64,000 bases of DNA from Raillietiella orientalis (GCA_036172245.1 JAYWIR010000019.1:2852001-2916000); one strand, 5' to 3'. Positions 13,401 through 26,788 are shown, counted from the stretch's first letter. Numbers and translations are program-made. Notes: generated by a model not told the origin, from the sequence alone.

Positions 13401-14799
13401 GGAATCAGTTTACCAAGGGGAGTTTGAACACACTTGATGGAAAACGTGTTCGGAAATTGCAAGTGCACCTCTTCCGACGTGGTCGTGCGAAACTTCGATC
13501 TTCCCCGGAGGATGGCAAATCCGGAACGGGGAAACATTCATCTGAGTAGCCGAGTCTATGAAATAGAATGATAACTACATTTTTTTTTCTATTATTATTA
13601 TCATTTTTTTTTCCTTTTTTTTTTTTTTTCTTTGCATGCTCGAATTCTTGTGATTCGATTGCGAGACTCGAGACGGATAATTGCTGCTCGTCAGTCGAAT
13701 TCTTAAGCAGCCGAATTTATCGTTTTAAATCCAGAATAGAACCAAGTCTTCTTTTTTCTTTCTTTCCCCCCCCCCCCCTTCTTTCCTTCTCTCTCTCCCA
13801 GCAAACTTTCTGTAATCGCTGTGTGCTCTGCGGTTACCCGTGCTCATCGGGGTAAGGCATCGGAACTCCGTCTGCCCCCGGTGTAATGGATGGAGCTGTA
13901 ACTCCGGCCAGTGGAGAAGGAATGCGCAGATGTGGAGAGCGATGTAGGTGCATCCGCTCCGAGGGCGAACCTGAGGTTTCCTCTCGACGAATGTGTGCAC
14001 CGCTCGGAGGCCTCAATCTCCAACCCATTTTCCAAAGCAAGGAAGGTGTCCGGTAGTGAGGCCCGCTTTGCGAAGCAGAGAGGCTGCAGGGGTCAGCCTC
14101 CACCGAGTTCAGGAGAAGCTTGGCACCGCGCAGACGGGGGACAGCGGGAGCGAACTGCACTTGTCCGGACCTATTTGTCCATCAGTCCTTCGTCGGACAG
14201 TGGTGGCCTTCTGAACACCGCAGAGTACTTTCGGGAGTTCGAACGAAATCCGTTGCTCACTCAGAGACTTCACTTTCGGCTCCGAATTCAGGTAACGAGG
14301 AGGTCGTCACGCTTGGAATTTCAACTGTCACGCTTGCCTCTGCCGTGTTGGAAACAGTGGTACTTCTGGAAGAGCTAGGACTCACGGGATAGACGTTGAC
14401 GAGTTGAATAAGACGTTTAGCACAGTTAGATGGCTTCTTGAAAACTGCTTGTCTTTGGCAAACATGCACATGAAAAAAATCTGAATATAGTGTGTACTCT
14501 TCGATCTCTTGAATTTCATTTTTATCAATCTTTCCCCTTTCCTTTGAAGTATTCAGCTCACCCCAAGAACTGTTTCCAATAGGCAGGCTTGCAAAAGTCT
14601 TTAGGAACCTTACTTTTTATGAGCTCGTCTTGTGGAAATTCGATCTTCACCAGTGCCTTCAAATACCATAAGAGTCCTTGTAAATAAAAGAAAAAGTGTT
14701 TCATAGTGACTCCTATGCAATGGCTCCTCGTTTTGAGTCCAAGGGGTTAGGTGTTGAGCCCCTGTGTATTTCTGATCGTGGAGCATTGGTACGTGAGAA

Positions 14800-15760
14800 A
14801 GAGTCGCTTACGATGCTGGCGAAGAACCACGGCCGGGCATGCTCTACAACCACTTCTGGATCTGCCATTTTTGCGTATTCGACATGGCTCGGGACTTCTG
14901 AAACTGAGGACACGTTCATCTTACTTTACAACAGCATCTTCGAACACCGAGGACGGAGAGCGAAGTCAAGCGGTCGCCGGAGGAACTCCAGGTCACCCAC
15001 CCTTTTAAGTAGGGCTAGGTGGATGCAGGCTTTTCAAGCCTTCGTGTCTTCAGGACCTTACTGATTACTATCTCGAGCAGTACGAAATGCCGCTCCCGAC
15101 AGGCACCTCCGTGAGTCCATCCTTCTGCGCGTACCGAGGATTGGTGAGATTCAGTTCACCTCAATTAAAATGCTTAAGCGAACAACGTGAATCGGAGATG
15201 CGGCGGTGAGCGAGAGCCACGTTCATCACCTGCGTCGAAATTTTGGGATTCGCTCGGAGAGCAAAGAAATAACGCCATGCGAAGATGGGATGCCGAAAAG
15301 AGAGAAAGCCTCAAGATGGATTCCAGTTCTTCCTGAATGGTGGTGGAAGAAACTCTTTAGAAAAAATTCGTTCCTCGGTTGCCCCCCATCGAGACGGCGC
15401 ACTCGCCATCCGAAATGCCTTCCTCCCCAGATGCGAGGTGCGGCAGCAGTTCAAAACGATGGTGAGAAAAGATGCGAAAGAATTCAGTCTTCAGCTGATT
15501 GAAGAAACAAATCCATTCGCGACAACCGCGGTGGTAGAAGGACGCATAACAGGACCGCGACCATCCGCTGCTGTCGAATTAATGGAATTTGTTGTTGTTC
15601 ACCACGTGCGGAACAAAAATACCTCGCACTGCTTCTGGACCTTGGTGCAGTTGCCTTGCGACCACTCGGAGCACCTTTTTCGCAAGATGCACTCGGCATT
15701 CCGCAGGAAGCTGCAGACTGCAGATCGGCAGGGTGTAAAAGAAAAACTCGATAGGCTTTT
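14800..15760 (+). mobile_element. Decayed LINE RT/C-terminal relic
   Basis: LAKNHGRACSTTTS..W..TEDTFILLYNSIFE resembles QHGFR..STTTA..VDAIFLDFSKAFD. Weaker C-terminal-like sequence lies near 15600-15760. Confidence 0.35.
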
Positions 15761-18700
15761 TTTTTAAAAAAAAAAAAAAGGAAAAAAAAAAAAACTCATA
15801 GGCTCTTGTTTTATTTTATTTTGTTTTTGGCATGTTGCGCGAACCTGCTAACCCAGCTTCGCTCGAAACGTATCCGTTAATCACCTTCGTAATTAATTTT
15901 TCCCCCTGTCCGGTGCGGGCTGGCGCGCAGTGCGGTCGAGCCGTGGAAGCCGCACCGAGCCATCGAGGAGGAGGCAGACGGCGGTGCCCGTAGCCAGGGG
16001 ATCCCAGCTGCTGGACGACACGGGAAGACACGGAGCTGCTCGCCGCGCGACAACGGGAAAGACAAAAGCAGAAGGGAAAAGGAAAACGCGCCAGGGACGA
16101 CGTCGTCAGTTCCCGGGATTTCGGACGTTCCCGTTTCAGCGCGCTCCTTTGAGAAAACTCTTCATTTCGCAGCGCAGATTTTTCTTTGGATCTTCTTCAC
16201 CAAGCGCGTGCCCCGTCTTCCACGCGCACCAGCTGCTCCTTGTCTTCGAACCCTTCCCCCCCGGCGAGCGAAAGGGAAGCGAGGTCATGGCAACGGAAGC
16301 CGCAGGCTTGACCTCGTTCGTGGTTCTTCGAGAGCGTCGTGAAGTGCATCCATCCATCCTTGTTCTTCTCAGCTTTCCGCTTGAGCTTTCGCGCAGCTTC
16401 CGACTTCGCTCTCGCTTCCTCCCCCCTCGCCGAAGACCCCTGCACTTCGCCATGCCCCCCCGTGTGCTCAGAAAAGACCGAAGTGGCGGGCGGAACGCGC
16501 GTTCTTTTTCTGCGGGGTGGTGGGAACGCCATACAGTTTGCTTTTCATTCGAGGATCGGAAAAGCGGTATGCAGTTTCCGGGAAGGGGGAGGGTAGCTAC
16601 CGCGCTAGGCACTTCTCGGAAAGGACAGAAGGAATAGCGGTGTCTCCCGGGGCACGAGAACTTCCGGAGGGGTGTTCGCACGCGCTCGCGAGCGAAGATG
16701 TGTGCTAACCTTCACACGTGTCGAACTGCTCGGCGCTCGTTTGCACGGCCGGCCCGTGTCTCTCGCTCGGGCAAATGGCGGCGCAAAGGCCATTTGAAAG
16801 CAAAGAGAGAGAGAGAGAGAAAGAAGAAAAAGCACACACCACCAACACCAACACCACCGCCGCCGCCGCCTCATTTGGCATGATTTATGTAGCTGAAAAC
16901 GAGGAATGAGGATTCTGGCCGTGCTTACCCGTAAGAGCAAACAGGACGAGCAAATTAGCGGCGGCGCGAAAGAGAACCCCGGCATCCTCGAATCCTCCGC
17001 TGTATCTCGGCGGGCGAAATCCCCACTCGCTTCTGGAGATCGGGTTCGTTTACATGGGGAGACGGTAGCATTCCTCAGAGATACCTGATCCGGAGTTTGT
17101 TTATCTGTGCCTCCCCCTGGCTCGTTCGACTTCCACCGGCTCCCGGTGTCCTCCTCCTCGTCTGCTGCCCTCGGCCGTCTTGCTTCTCCCCGCCTCCCTT
17201 CTTCCCCCCCACCCCCACCCCCGCTTTCCCCTGGCGAAATTTTCATCCTCCAGCAAGCGCTCGATACGCCTTCTACAAAACTGCCCGTGAATTGGATCGG
17301 CAGGGTGCCCTGCCCCGCTACGCCAATAAAGGCGGTGTTTCTTTTTTCTTCCTCCCTCATCCCTCCTCCTCCTCCTCTTCCTCTTCCTCCACCTCCTCGA
17401 TTACCTGTACACACTCTCGTTTCCGTGGACGCGCTCCCTGCTTTTAATCTACCTCTTCTCCTCCAGCCTGCCCGCAGACTCCATCGAGCGTACCCGCGCA
17501 TTTACGTGTGATACTTTGTCATTCCGATCGAGAGACGTCCTCCCTAAATGGTGCCACGAGCCTTAATCGAATCCGAGGCAGCTGGAATCGGAAAATGATT
17601 ATGTTAATCGTTATATTACAGCGTGGCTCCCTTGTACTTACCCCTTTGATTCTTTAAATTTTTGATTAAGACATACATCTCTTTAAACAAGCGTCTGCTA
17701 TCCGACCCCTCGCGTTTCCGAGGAAACCCAATTCACGCGCACTTCAAGTTGGGGTTCCCCCCCCCCCCTTTTTTTTTTTTTTTTCCTTTCCGAAGCCTCG
17801 TTTCTCCCATTTTAAAAAAGGGTGACTCGTGTTTTTTGGTGTGTTGCACAGGGAGCGATTAAAGCGATCAGGTTCGAGGAGGCCGAGGATTTCGAGCAAG
17901 GAAGGGAGTCCCGGCGGCTTCCAGGGGGCGTCTCTCGCGCGATTTTTCATTGACGTGCCCCCGAAGTGCGCTTGACACCCGTTTCCATTGGGAACGATTC
18001 GGGATGGCTCCGTTCCGCACACGCGTTCGGTTTCCTGTTGATCCTGGCAGAGGTTTCCCGTGCCATCGTCGGGGAGAAGCAGGAAGGCCGCACGCTCGGC
18101 GGTCGTCCACGTGGTGGCTGCTTTGCTCGTGGCGTTTTTTCGCTTTCCCGTCCGTGCGCCGAACCCGAGGGCCGTTTTGTCGTATCCCTTGCAGGGATAC
18201 GACGGGACCCTCGTTGTTTTGGTCCTCGTTGATTCATTTTATTTTTTGTTGTTGTTGTTGCTCGAGGCTGCACGCCTGTGCTGTCGGAACCAGCGGAAGA
18301 GCGTTTCCAGAATCGCGTCCTCCTTCCATGGTCTCATGATCCTGGAGGAGGAGGAGGAAGGGGAAAAGAGGAAAACCGAAACATTCTCGCTGGCTTTTCG
18401 AGTGGTCAGTACCAAAAAGGAATGCTCAACAGATGGAAAAGCAGCATCCCCGCTACTTTATTTGCATGAAAATCTCTCCATTTTTCTTTTCTTTCCCTTT
18501 CTCGTTTTTGGCGGGAAGGCATGTCAGCGGCTCAGGTCACCGAAATTTGCGCGCGCGCGCGCGAAAGCGATCGGTCTTGAAAGCCGACCCCAAATTGGCT
18601 TCTTGTGCTGCAGAATTTTCGCTTCGCAAGGGGCGGAGGAGGAGGGTTTGGTGGTGGTGGTGCCGCAACGTCTCGTGCTGCTGAACGCCAACGGCGATCC

Positions 18701-21700
18701 CTGCTTCTGCTCGTAGCGAAGCTAGCGGGGGTGGGGCAAAAAAAAAAAAAAAAGGCGCGGGTGGAGAGCCGGGATAAAAATATGTATATATTGCTTCTCG
18801 GGAAAAGCGAACAGGATCGGAGTCCCGTGAAGACACGTCGGGATGGCCGGCTTTTCTTCCTCCTCCGCGGAGAAAGAAAGAAAATCTCATTTTGCGGATT
18901 GTGAAACACCCGGTACGGAGGAGTCTGCGAGGGACAGCTTGCCATTACGACGGAGCGCACGTTTCGGAACGGGCGCAGGTCTTGGCTGGACATTTGCGTA
19001 ATCTCGGAACATCATCACCCGGTGTGCAAGGGGCTTACCGGGTGCCGAAAGCAGCGCGGCGGCAGAAGAAGACATGCACCGATCGAGGGCAGCTCCCATC
19101 GATAGGCGCGGCGACGAGCCGGATTCCCGGGGTCGCTCCCCTGCCGACAGGTTTCGGCCGCAGCGGGAGGCGGCGGCGGGAAGAAACCCACGTTCCCACT
19201 TCCTTGTTTTCAAGTGACCGTCCGCTTTTGGTCGAGGGAGGGAGGCGAACGATCAGCGGATTCCCGCGGATGCGGCCGTCTTCTCGCGAGCGGCGAGTCG
19301 CCGGTTCGAATCTCGGAGGGAGATGACTTCTTCCTCTCTCCCCCTCGCATCGAAGGTTCCGGTAAGTGCTTGCTGCTCGATTTGCCAGCGTCCCGCGGGC
19401 TGCGCTGCTACTCGGTGGGTTTCACTGCACCTCGTAACGGTCCCGAAGGCTCTGCCTCCTACCGATGAGCATCGCTCGTGGACCATTTTTCGGATGTCCA
19501 TTTTCTTCTTCTTTTTCTTTCGTCTCTAAAAGCAACATGCAGCTCGCCGCGGCCCAACAGCAGTTCTCCCTTGCATACTGCAAACATCCTCTGTTTATCC
19601 ATTGAATTGCGAAAGCATAATAAATCACGGGTATCCCAGCAGATATCTTCCCTTCGGCTATTTTGATTTCGGTTGATGGAATTAGCTCCCGTATTCATCA
19701 AGGACACTGAGGTTTCCTCCCGCCCCCTTACTCTCCCCCCCCCCCCCGCCTTAATGCAGCGCTGCACGGGAAATTTCGTGCTTGCTCTTCCACTTCTTCA
19801 GCCTCAATGTCAGCACTAAATATAGCAGCAGGGCTTTACAAAATCATTCTGATGTGGAACGGAGATCATCTTAGGTTTTCCACTTTTAAATCCGTGGACG
19901 CCGTGCACCGGCTGCAAATGCAGTCGTTTCCGGTGAATGCGAATGAGCGTATTGGCAAAAAGGGAAAAAAAAGTAAGACATTTTCATCACTTTCACTGCC
20001 ATGCAATCACTGCTCGATGCGTGAGATGCACGAGGCAGCAGCAGCACCCACACGGTGAACAGCCGATTCTCATCAATGAACACTCATCATGGTTTGTGTG
20101 CGTTTGATTTCACTCGTTAATTATTTTCATGGTTTTGTTATGTATTAATGAAACCAATTTGCACATTTCATTTGATCCCTGAAGCAAAGAAGAAAAACAC
20201 ACACACACACACACACGCACAAAAAAAAAAAAAAAAAAAACAGCACTGCATCTGCAAGGAGTTTCTGATTGGTCTTAAAACTATTTAGAATGCTTTGATG
20301 GGTGTGAAATCTTTTTTTTTTTTTTTTTTTTTGCGGGCCAGGGTGCCAGCTTCCACCCGAAATGGTCCACGGTTTGCAAATCGGGCGGTTCCGTTCGCCA
20401 CGCGGTAAATTGGCCACTCGGCAAGGCAAACAGAGACGCGAGCACGGCGCGAAGGTAATGCGACGATGGTAAACGCGAAAAGAAGAGCGACCGGCGCGAT
20501 CCCCGGAGGCGAAAAGACATCATCCGTCGAACGACGCCAAACTGCACCACCGCGCACACTCGCCGGGGCTGCAGATCGCCCTTTATTTACAGTGGTCACG
20601 CTTGGAAAACGTCCATCACAAGAAGAAACGGACTGGCTGGAGCCCGTGCCGCCGCCACCTCTTGTGGCGAAGCGCGGACAGATAATCAGAAAAAAAAAAA
20701 AAAAAAAAAAAAAAGGAAAGAGACAGAGAGAGAGAGAGGGAGAGGGAGAGGGAGAGAGACTTTCCGAGAGGAGCACTCTTGTCCGTGCAGTCCTTTTCGG
20801 GAAACCCCGAACGGTGGTGGTGGCGATCACTTCTGTTTCCTTGTTCGGTCATCTGCAGCGAGCGCCAGTTATCTGCAAAGAGAGAGTGGCAGAGCAGAGC
20901 ATTCCGAACGTTTCGAATGCAAAGAATATTCAATTCTTTTGTTCTTTCCCAGACAAATGTTATCGTGTTACACGATGTCTGATAGCGTGAACCGTCGCCA
21001 GCTCGTTTCCCCCCGGTGAAACCGATGAACACAGTATGCTTTGATCCACACAGTAAACTTCCACAAAGGTTAATCAGTCCTCCGTGACTCCATCCTTTGT
21101 TGCCAGTCTCTCTGCCAGGGGGTTTCGGGTGGCAAATATTTAATTTCGAAACGATCAATTTACGCCGTTCTTTTTTCCCACATTATGTCCAGATGATAAT
21201 ATGGGGCTCTCATCTTACATCTTAAGGAGGAGAACGCAATGCCTGCCGGACTCGGGAGGTGCGAAAACGCTTGGCGACGGAACGGCGCGCCGGTCGCGCA
21301 GGAGATCCAAGTTCCTTCGACGCAGACTCCGAACGAACCTGACCACCGCAACCCCACCACCACCACCGCGCACACGTCCCGACGGCCGTGCCAGCAGCGG
21401 CCACTGCCGCGAGTACCTGCCAGGGAAGGAGAAATTCCCATTTTCTCGTTTCGCTCTCGTTGCGGGAACTGGTACAGAGTTCCTCCGAGTTCTTCTCCTT
21501 CCCGAACCGTGTTTCTTTCTTCCAAAGGGACGGAGGGAGGTCTCCGAGACAGACCCGAGAGAGGCGGAGGTTTCGTGGGATAGGTAGGCACGGCAAGCCG
21601 CTCTTGGCGAGCAAAGAGAGCTTTCTCTGGTAGAAGGAACTGTTGAAGGAATCTCCTCTTCGTTGGGCTTCATTTCATGCTCCCCTTCTCCCCCCCTTCT

Positions 21701-23169
21701 TCCTCAAAAAGCTCCGGACAGACTGCCGGTCATGCAGTTTTCTTGGCCAGTCCAAAAATCGAGCCGCGTTCCGCATATGTCTTTCTTGGGGAGTGTCTCA
21801 GTGGGCAGGCAATCGCCACCCCAATACATCCTCGGTTTCGCTTGGACTGCGTGGTGTCCACTAGTTGTTAGCCAGGATTCGGACTTGTCTGAAACTCGGG
21901 TAAAGGACAAATCCGGAAGATCAGGAGGCTGCTGACGAAAATCTTTCAAGATCGCATTTCGTTTGAAGCGCCGTGCGTTCTGAAATATCGCCAGCTATGT
22001 CTGCAGTCCCGATCGGCGATTGGGAATGGCTAATAACTCGTGTGCCAGCTTGACCGAAGCTTCGGTACACCCAATTTTTCAGCCCATGCCGAATTAATAA
22101 GACTGGAAGTCAATATAATCTCTTCACAACAACATAAATCTCTGTTTCCTCATCTTCGCGACCGATTACAAGAGTCGTCTCACACATCTGGGCTTTTTGG
22201 TTTCTTGAGCATAAATCACATCCTTTAATCTCAGGTGACCAAGGACTATCTCGAATCCTCGGATCACAGCAAACATTGTCACCGACATCTCCGAAGATAA
22301 AATCTCTTCTAACCTCCAGCTTGATTGCTAATAAACCCATTAGGTTTACCCTGCGCTGTATGAACGTTACAGATACGAGCTGGCAAGTAATTATTCATTC
22401 CTGGTTGTGGACTCGTTCTTGGTTTCCTCAATTACTTGGTCTCCTAATCTTTCCGTCGGAAAGAATGGATTGGAAGGTTTTTTTTTTTTTTTTTTTTGTT
22501 TTGGGTTTTTCCCTTTTGCTCTTAGTGGAATCTTTTGAGTCTTTCATTAACTGAGCAGAAAGTATCTCTCACTCTCCGAAGCAACTATAATTCACATCAG
22601 CGAGATAACCGAGAAAGGAAGGCTGGAAAGAATAATTAATTTTGGGCTGCGGATTCCAAATCAGCATATCCAGAGCTTTACGTGACGAAGATTGACGTAA
22701 CTGGAAGCTAGAGAGAGAATCTGAGAAGGAACCTTCTGGCAGCGATCCCAGGAAGAAATCACCAAGGAACCGATGCTTAATTGATGATAGAAAGATCAAT
22801 ACCTCCAGGAAAAAAGGCTCTCGGCTGTTCAAAAATCAGGATATTTTTTTTTTTTTTTTTCCTTTCCCAACTTCATTCCGCAGCATACATAGGGAGCTAG
22901 TGCGTCTCCTGCGATACCTCGTGCACATTGCCAGATCTTCTGTCATCTTCGAAAGGTATTTTTCTTAAGAGCGTTACGAGGATGAAGGAAGGCCATTCGG
23001 AAATGAATTGAGATTCCCCGGTCCGAGTATGACGGACACGAATGGGAGATGTCAGGCGTAGAAGATGGCACAACACGGTTCCTGAAGATATTGGTTCTTC
23101 CGGTTCAAGAATGCGCTTTTTCAGTTGAGGACGTCTGCAGCTATTCGGCGCACATTCCACTCCGCAGCG

Positions 23170-23900
23170 CTGTTGCCAGGATTCCAATCTCGAGTCCGAA
23201 CTCGCTTCGAATTTTCCATCTCTGCCGCATGCTTCTCGGCACGAGAGCTGCGCGGTTAAAGCCATTCCCGAATTTCCAAACTGAATTTCGATTGCACTCG
23301 AATTTCATTCTTGCCATCCCTGGAAAGATCATTTCTCTATTCACGGCTCTTCCAGGAAATCACTGATGGATCACACGTGGATCGTGACGAACCGCCTCGC
23401 TGATAATATGGTATTCCCTTTGATGAACAGGGTTTTTTTTTTTTTTTTTCTTCCTTTTTTCCTTCTGAGATTCACAGGTGACACACGTATTGATTGGATC
23501 CTTGTTGATCAGTCATCTTCGTAGAATCATGTCCGGAGAATACTCTAAAATCCCTTTAACATTCCTCCTAAGATGAATTGCACCTCGGCAGCTCAACTGG
23601 CGCAAGCTGGATGCTCGCGTGAAACGAAAGGTTTTCAACCACGCGTTGGATCAGGCTAATAGGGATGGGAACTGCCCACCAGCTTAGTAGTAGGCTGAGG
23701 AACACAGGAAGCTACAGACGGAAAGTGGCAGTTCCTGCACTGGGGCATCGCAGTTACATCATCATCAGATAGCTGATGCAACCTGAGTACCTCCATTTTT
23801 CAACGGTCCCGAGCTTTCCATTGGTTGCCGTCAGAGCATGGCAGCTTCTTTCACGATCTCTGCTGGGTGGCGTCCCAATCCTCTATTCCTTTCCTGAAAA
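23170..23900 (+). mobile_element. Decayed LINE RT relic
   Basis: RIPISSPNSLRIF, PNFQTEFRLHS, VDRD..YGIP, RIMSG..PLTFLL, WGTAHQLS and PEYL occur in canonical RT order. Confidence 0.45.
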
Positions 23901-24423
23901 AATTCTCTCCCGAAGACCGACTGAATTTCGGAAGTTCTGCTATCATGGTACAGCGCCGTTGTCTTCCTTGTCGGTCATCGTGAAGTCTGGAGATCACCGG
24001 AACGCCAAGTTTCCTTCGAAGATCGGTCTCTAGATGGCCCACACTTTCAAACTTCTGCACTATCATTTCGTGGAGACTTCGGGAAGGAATTTCCAAGTCA
24101 GTTGCTCCGGACTCGCATATGATATCACTATCATCATCTGTGCCATCCATGAGGCTACTTACTTTACAGCCAGGGGAACAAGCGCGTACTGCGGCGATTG
24201 GGGGACACGTAACAAGGGTGCGTTGCGTATTTAGGTAATTACGTAGAGTCAAATTCTAGATCTTGCCTTCTCCATCCAAGAGGGAAACCCTCAATTCCGA
24301 TTTATCTCTCGCTTGCGTTTCCCAGAGATGTGTCGATGCGAACTCCGGCGCGGAATGCTCTGCTCCTGCATTTGATGGGAATGCCGATCTGTGCGAGTCG
24401 GACCAGCTACTCTACGAAACGGG

Positions 24424-24628
24424 GTGTACGTTCCATCTCTGAACACCAGAGGGCTTAGAGGGAGACTCGCTATTCGAAGAAGGTTCACGACTGGAAATTC
24501 ATGCACTAGAATAAACACCAGCAGAGAGGACTTCGGAGCGTGGCTTCGAAGCCCAGGATTACCCGATGCGGTCGCACCTGAGAATTCTCTGGAACACTCG
24601 GGCAGCAAGGAAATGATCGCAGGGAGTT
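24424..24628 (+). repeat. Copy 1 of a ~200-bp direct repeat (partner 26591-26788)
   Basis: Shared blocks CAGAGGGCTTAGA, GAAGAAGGTTCACG, TTACCC.ATGCGGT.GCACCTGAGAATT.TCTGGAACA and GGGAGTT. Confidence 0.9.
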
Positions 24629-24960
24629 GTCTTGCATGTAATTCAGTAGCGAGTTCGATCTTCCTTGTGGCTACATCGGGGAGGTCCGTTTATCCGTCTT
24701 TTGCTCCTTGCCTCAGACATGGCGTCGGTGGCGACAGCGCGATAGCTTTCTTCACAACTCTCCTCGGACTTTAGTCTGAAGTCTCGGCCTGCTAATACCA
24801 AATGGAGGGCTGGCTGGTTGCCTCGATACAGGGGCAAAAAGTCTCTCACCGCGCGTTGGCTCTGGACTTCGCACTCTTTAGCACTGATCTGATTTCCAGC
24901 GCGGAGCAAATAACGCGTGAGCAGCACATCGGTAAACGTTGGTCCAAAATCAGGTCTTGG
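24424..24960 (-). mobile_element. Decayed LINE RT relic; its GVPQG-region segment is duplicated at 26591-26788
   Basis: LLTRYLLRAGNQISAKECEVQSQRA, then ATASGNPG..SHAP..LLVFI. The second copy reads GNPGSHYAPSLLLLFI, resembling GVPQGSHLGPLLFLLFI. Confidence 0.45.
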
Positions 24961-25752
24961 AAAACACAGACTGCATGTGGTCCCAGCTGAGATCCCAGCC
25001 TTCTTTCGACTTCTCGAATTCCCCCACCCCTTTTTCGAGTCCGCGCTGCTGAAGACGTCGTTGTCAAGGAAGTTCGTCTTTGCAAACTTTGAACCACTTT
25101 CTCCACTGGGTTCTTTCTGGTTGGAAAAAAAAAAAAAAAAGAGTTGTCGTTTCTTCGCTAGGGAGATCGGCTGGGTTTCTTCCGCGTTGGGCACTCACTG
25201 CCTTCATCGGTAAATTGCCAGCCGTCGCTTCACCAATGCCCAGAACGGAATTTTTCCACCGATTCAGAGTTTTAACGTGCATTTCCAAGTAAATGAGAAA
25301 GCATCTCGAGTGGATGTCTAATAGAAACTGTTTCATGTCGATAAATCTTCTGCGAGTGAAGAATGTCGTGGTAGCAGACCTCCGGGGTGGCGGTGAGCGA
25401 ATCGCTTCCGTGAAGCAAAACGAAGAGAATTTTTTTTTTTTCGTTCTTCTTCTTCTTCTTCTTCTCCCGAGCTCCTGGGGGTGACGTCACTTGGCTTGGA
25501 GCACGATAGGAAAACGGCGAGTAATTTTCGTCGAGTTACGAGCGGTCACGTTAAACTCGCTTTAACGAGTTACCCAAATTCAATCAGCGGTGATCTCAGC
25601 GTCAAGCACCTGAACCAAAACAAAAAGGCTGAACTAATGCGACTGGTAATAATCAATCATTGCCAACGATTTGATTATCTTGAGCGAATCACTTTCTTCT
25701 AAAGTAATGAGATCATGATCGAGGAAAATGTTGCCAGCAGCGAAGAATCGGA

Positions 25753-25754
<2 letters not shown>

Positions 25755-25840
<86 letters not shown>
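25755..25840 (+). repeat. (TG)43 microsatellite
   Basis: Perfect dinucleotide run read directly. Confidence 0.98.
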
Positions 25841-25842
<2 letters not shown>

Positions 25843-26590
25843 CTTTTGGCTTTCAAGCAGCGCTCGGGATTATTTACTAAATCAAAGTTCTGGGAATGGT
25901 ATCCTGAATCCTGAATTTTTCATGACCAGGATATGATGGAACCTCTCTCTCCACGCGTGATGATTCATTAGCACTAGAAAGACGCTTGGCAAGCCCTGCA
26001 GAGGATCAGGTGGTCAGAAGGAAAACAGTCATTGGTAACAGGAACATATCAAATTCAGAATTTAAATACAGACATACGTGTGTGATTTGCATACGTGAGC
26101 GAGCCTACACACATGTGCGTGTGCGCGTTCGCGAACACGACCGCGAGCAAGGCTAAGGCGAAAATGTACAGTTTTCCCATAAACGCGTTCGCGTTTCCAG
26201 CTTGACATATATTTTTTTTTGAAACTCAGGACCTGTACATACATATGCGTACACGTGTGCGCGCGCTCGTTTCGAACCGAACCGCGGTGCAACACTTTTG
26301 AACAAAGTTTGTAGACGGATTCGCTCCCTTGGTACCTTTTCGGGTTGGTTTAAACTCCGACGCTTGATTGGAAAAACAAACAAAATCAGGACCGCATCTC
26401 AACCTTGAGGGCCACTGTGCTCCAGAAGAGTTGAGCTCACCCGTCCAGGATGCTTGGATATCAAGTGTCTGTACGCTTGCTCGGTGTGCGCAGGGAAGGT
26501 CGAAACCAAGAAGAGAATTACGTCGAGGAGGAAGAAACCTGTGTTTACTGTGATGATTTGTGGGTTGGACCAGCCATTCTATTAAATGAA

Positions 26591-26788
26591 GTGTGTGCTC
26601 CATTTCTTAGCGTCAGAGGGCTTAGAAGGAGATTCGCTATTTGAAGAAGGTTCACGCCTGAAATTCACGCACTGGATAAATAGCAGCAGAAGGCTTGGAG
26701 CATAGTGTGACCCGGGGTTACCCAATGCGGTTGCACCTGAGAATTTTCTGGAACATTCGATCGGCCAAGGGAATGTTCGCTGGGAGTT
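26591..26788 (+). repeat. Copy 2 of the ~200-bp direct repeat (partner 24424-24628)
   Basis: Same shared blocks in the same order, about 2.17 kb downstream. Confidence 0.9.

Noticed and set aside
13802..13851. 50-nt pseudo-exon with strong pyrimidine tract and G|GTAAGG donor
   Set aside because: Not frame-preserving, no recognisable peptide, and such signals are common by chance here.
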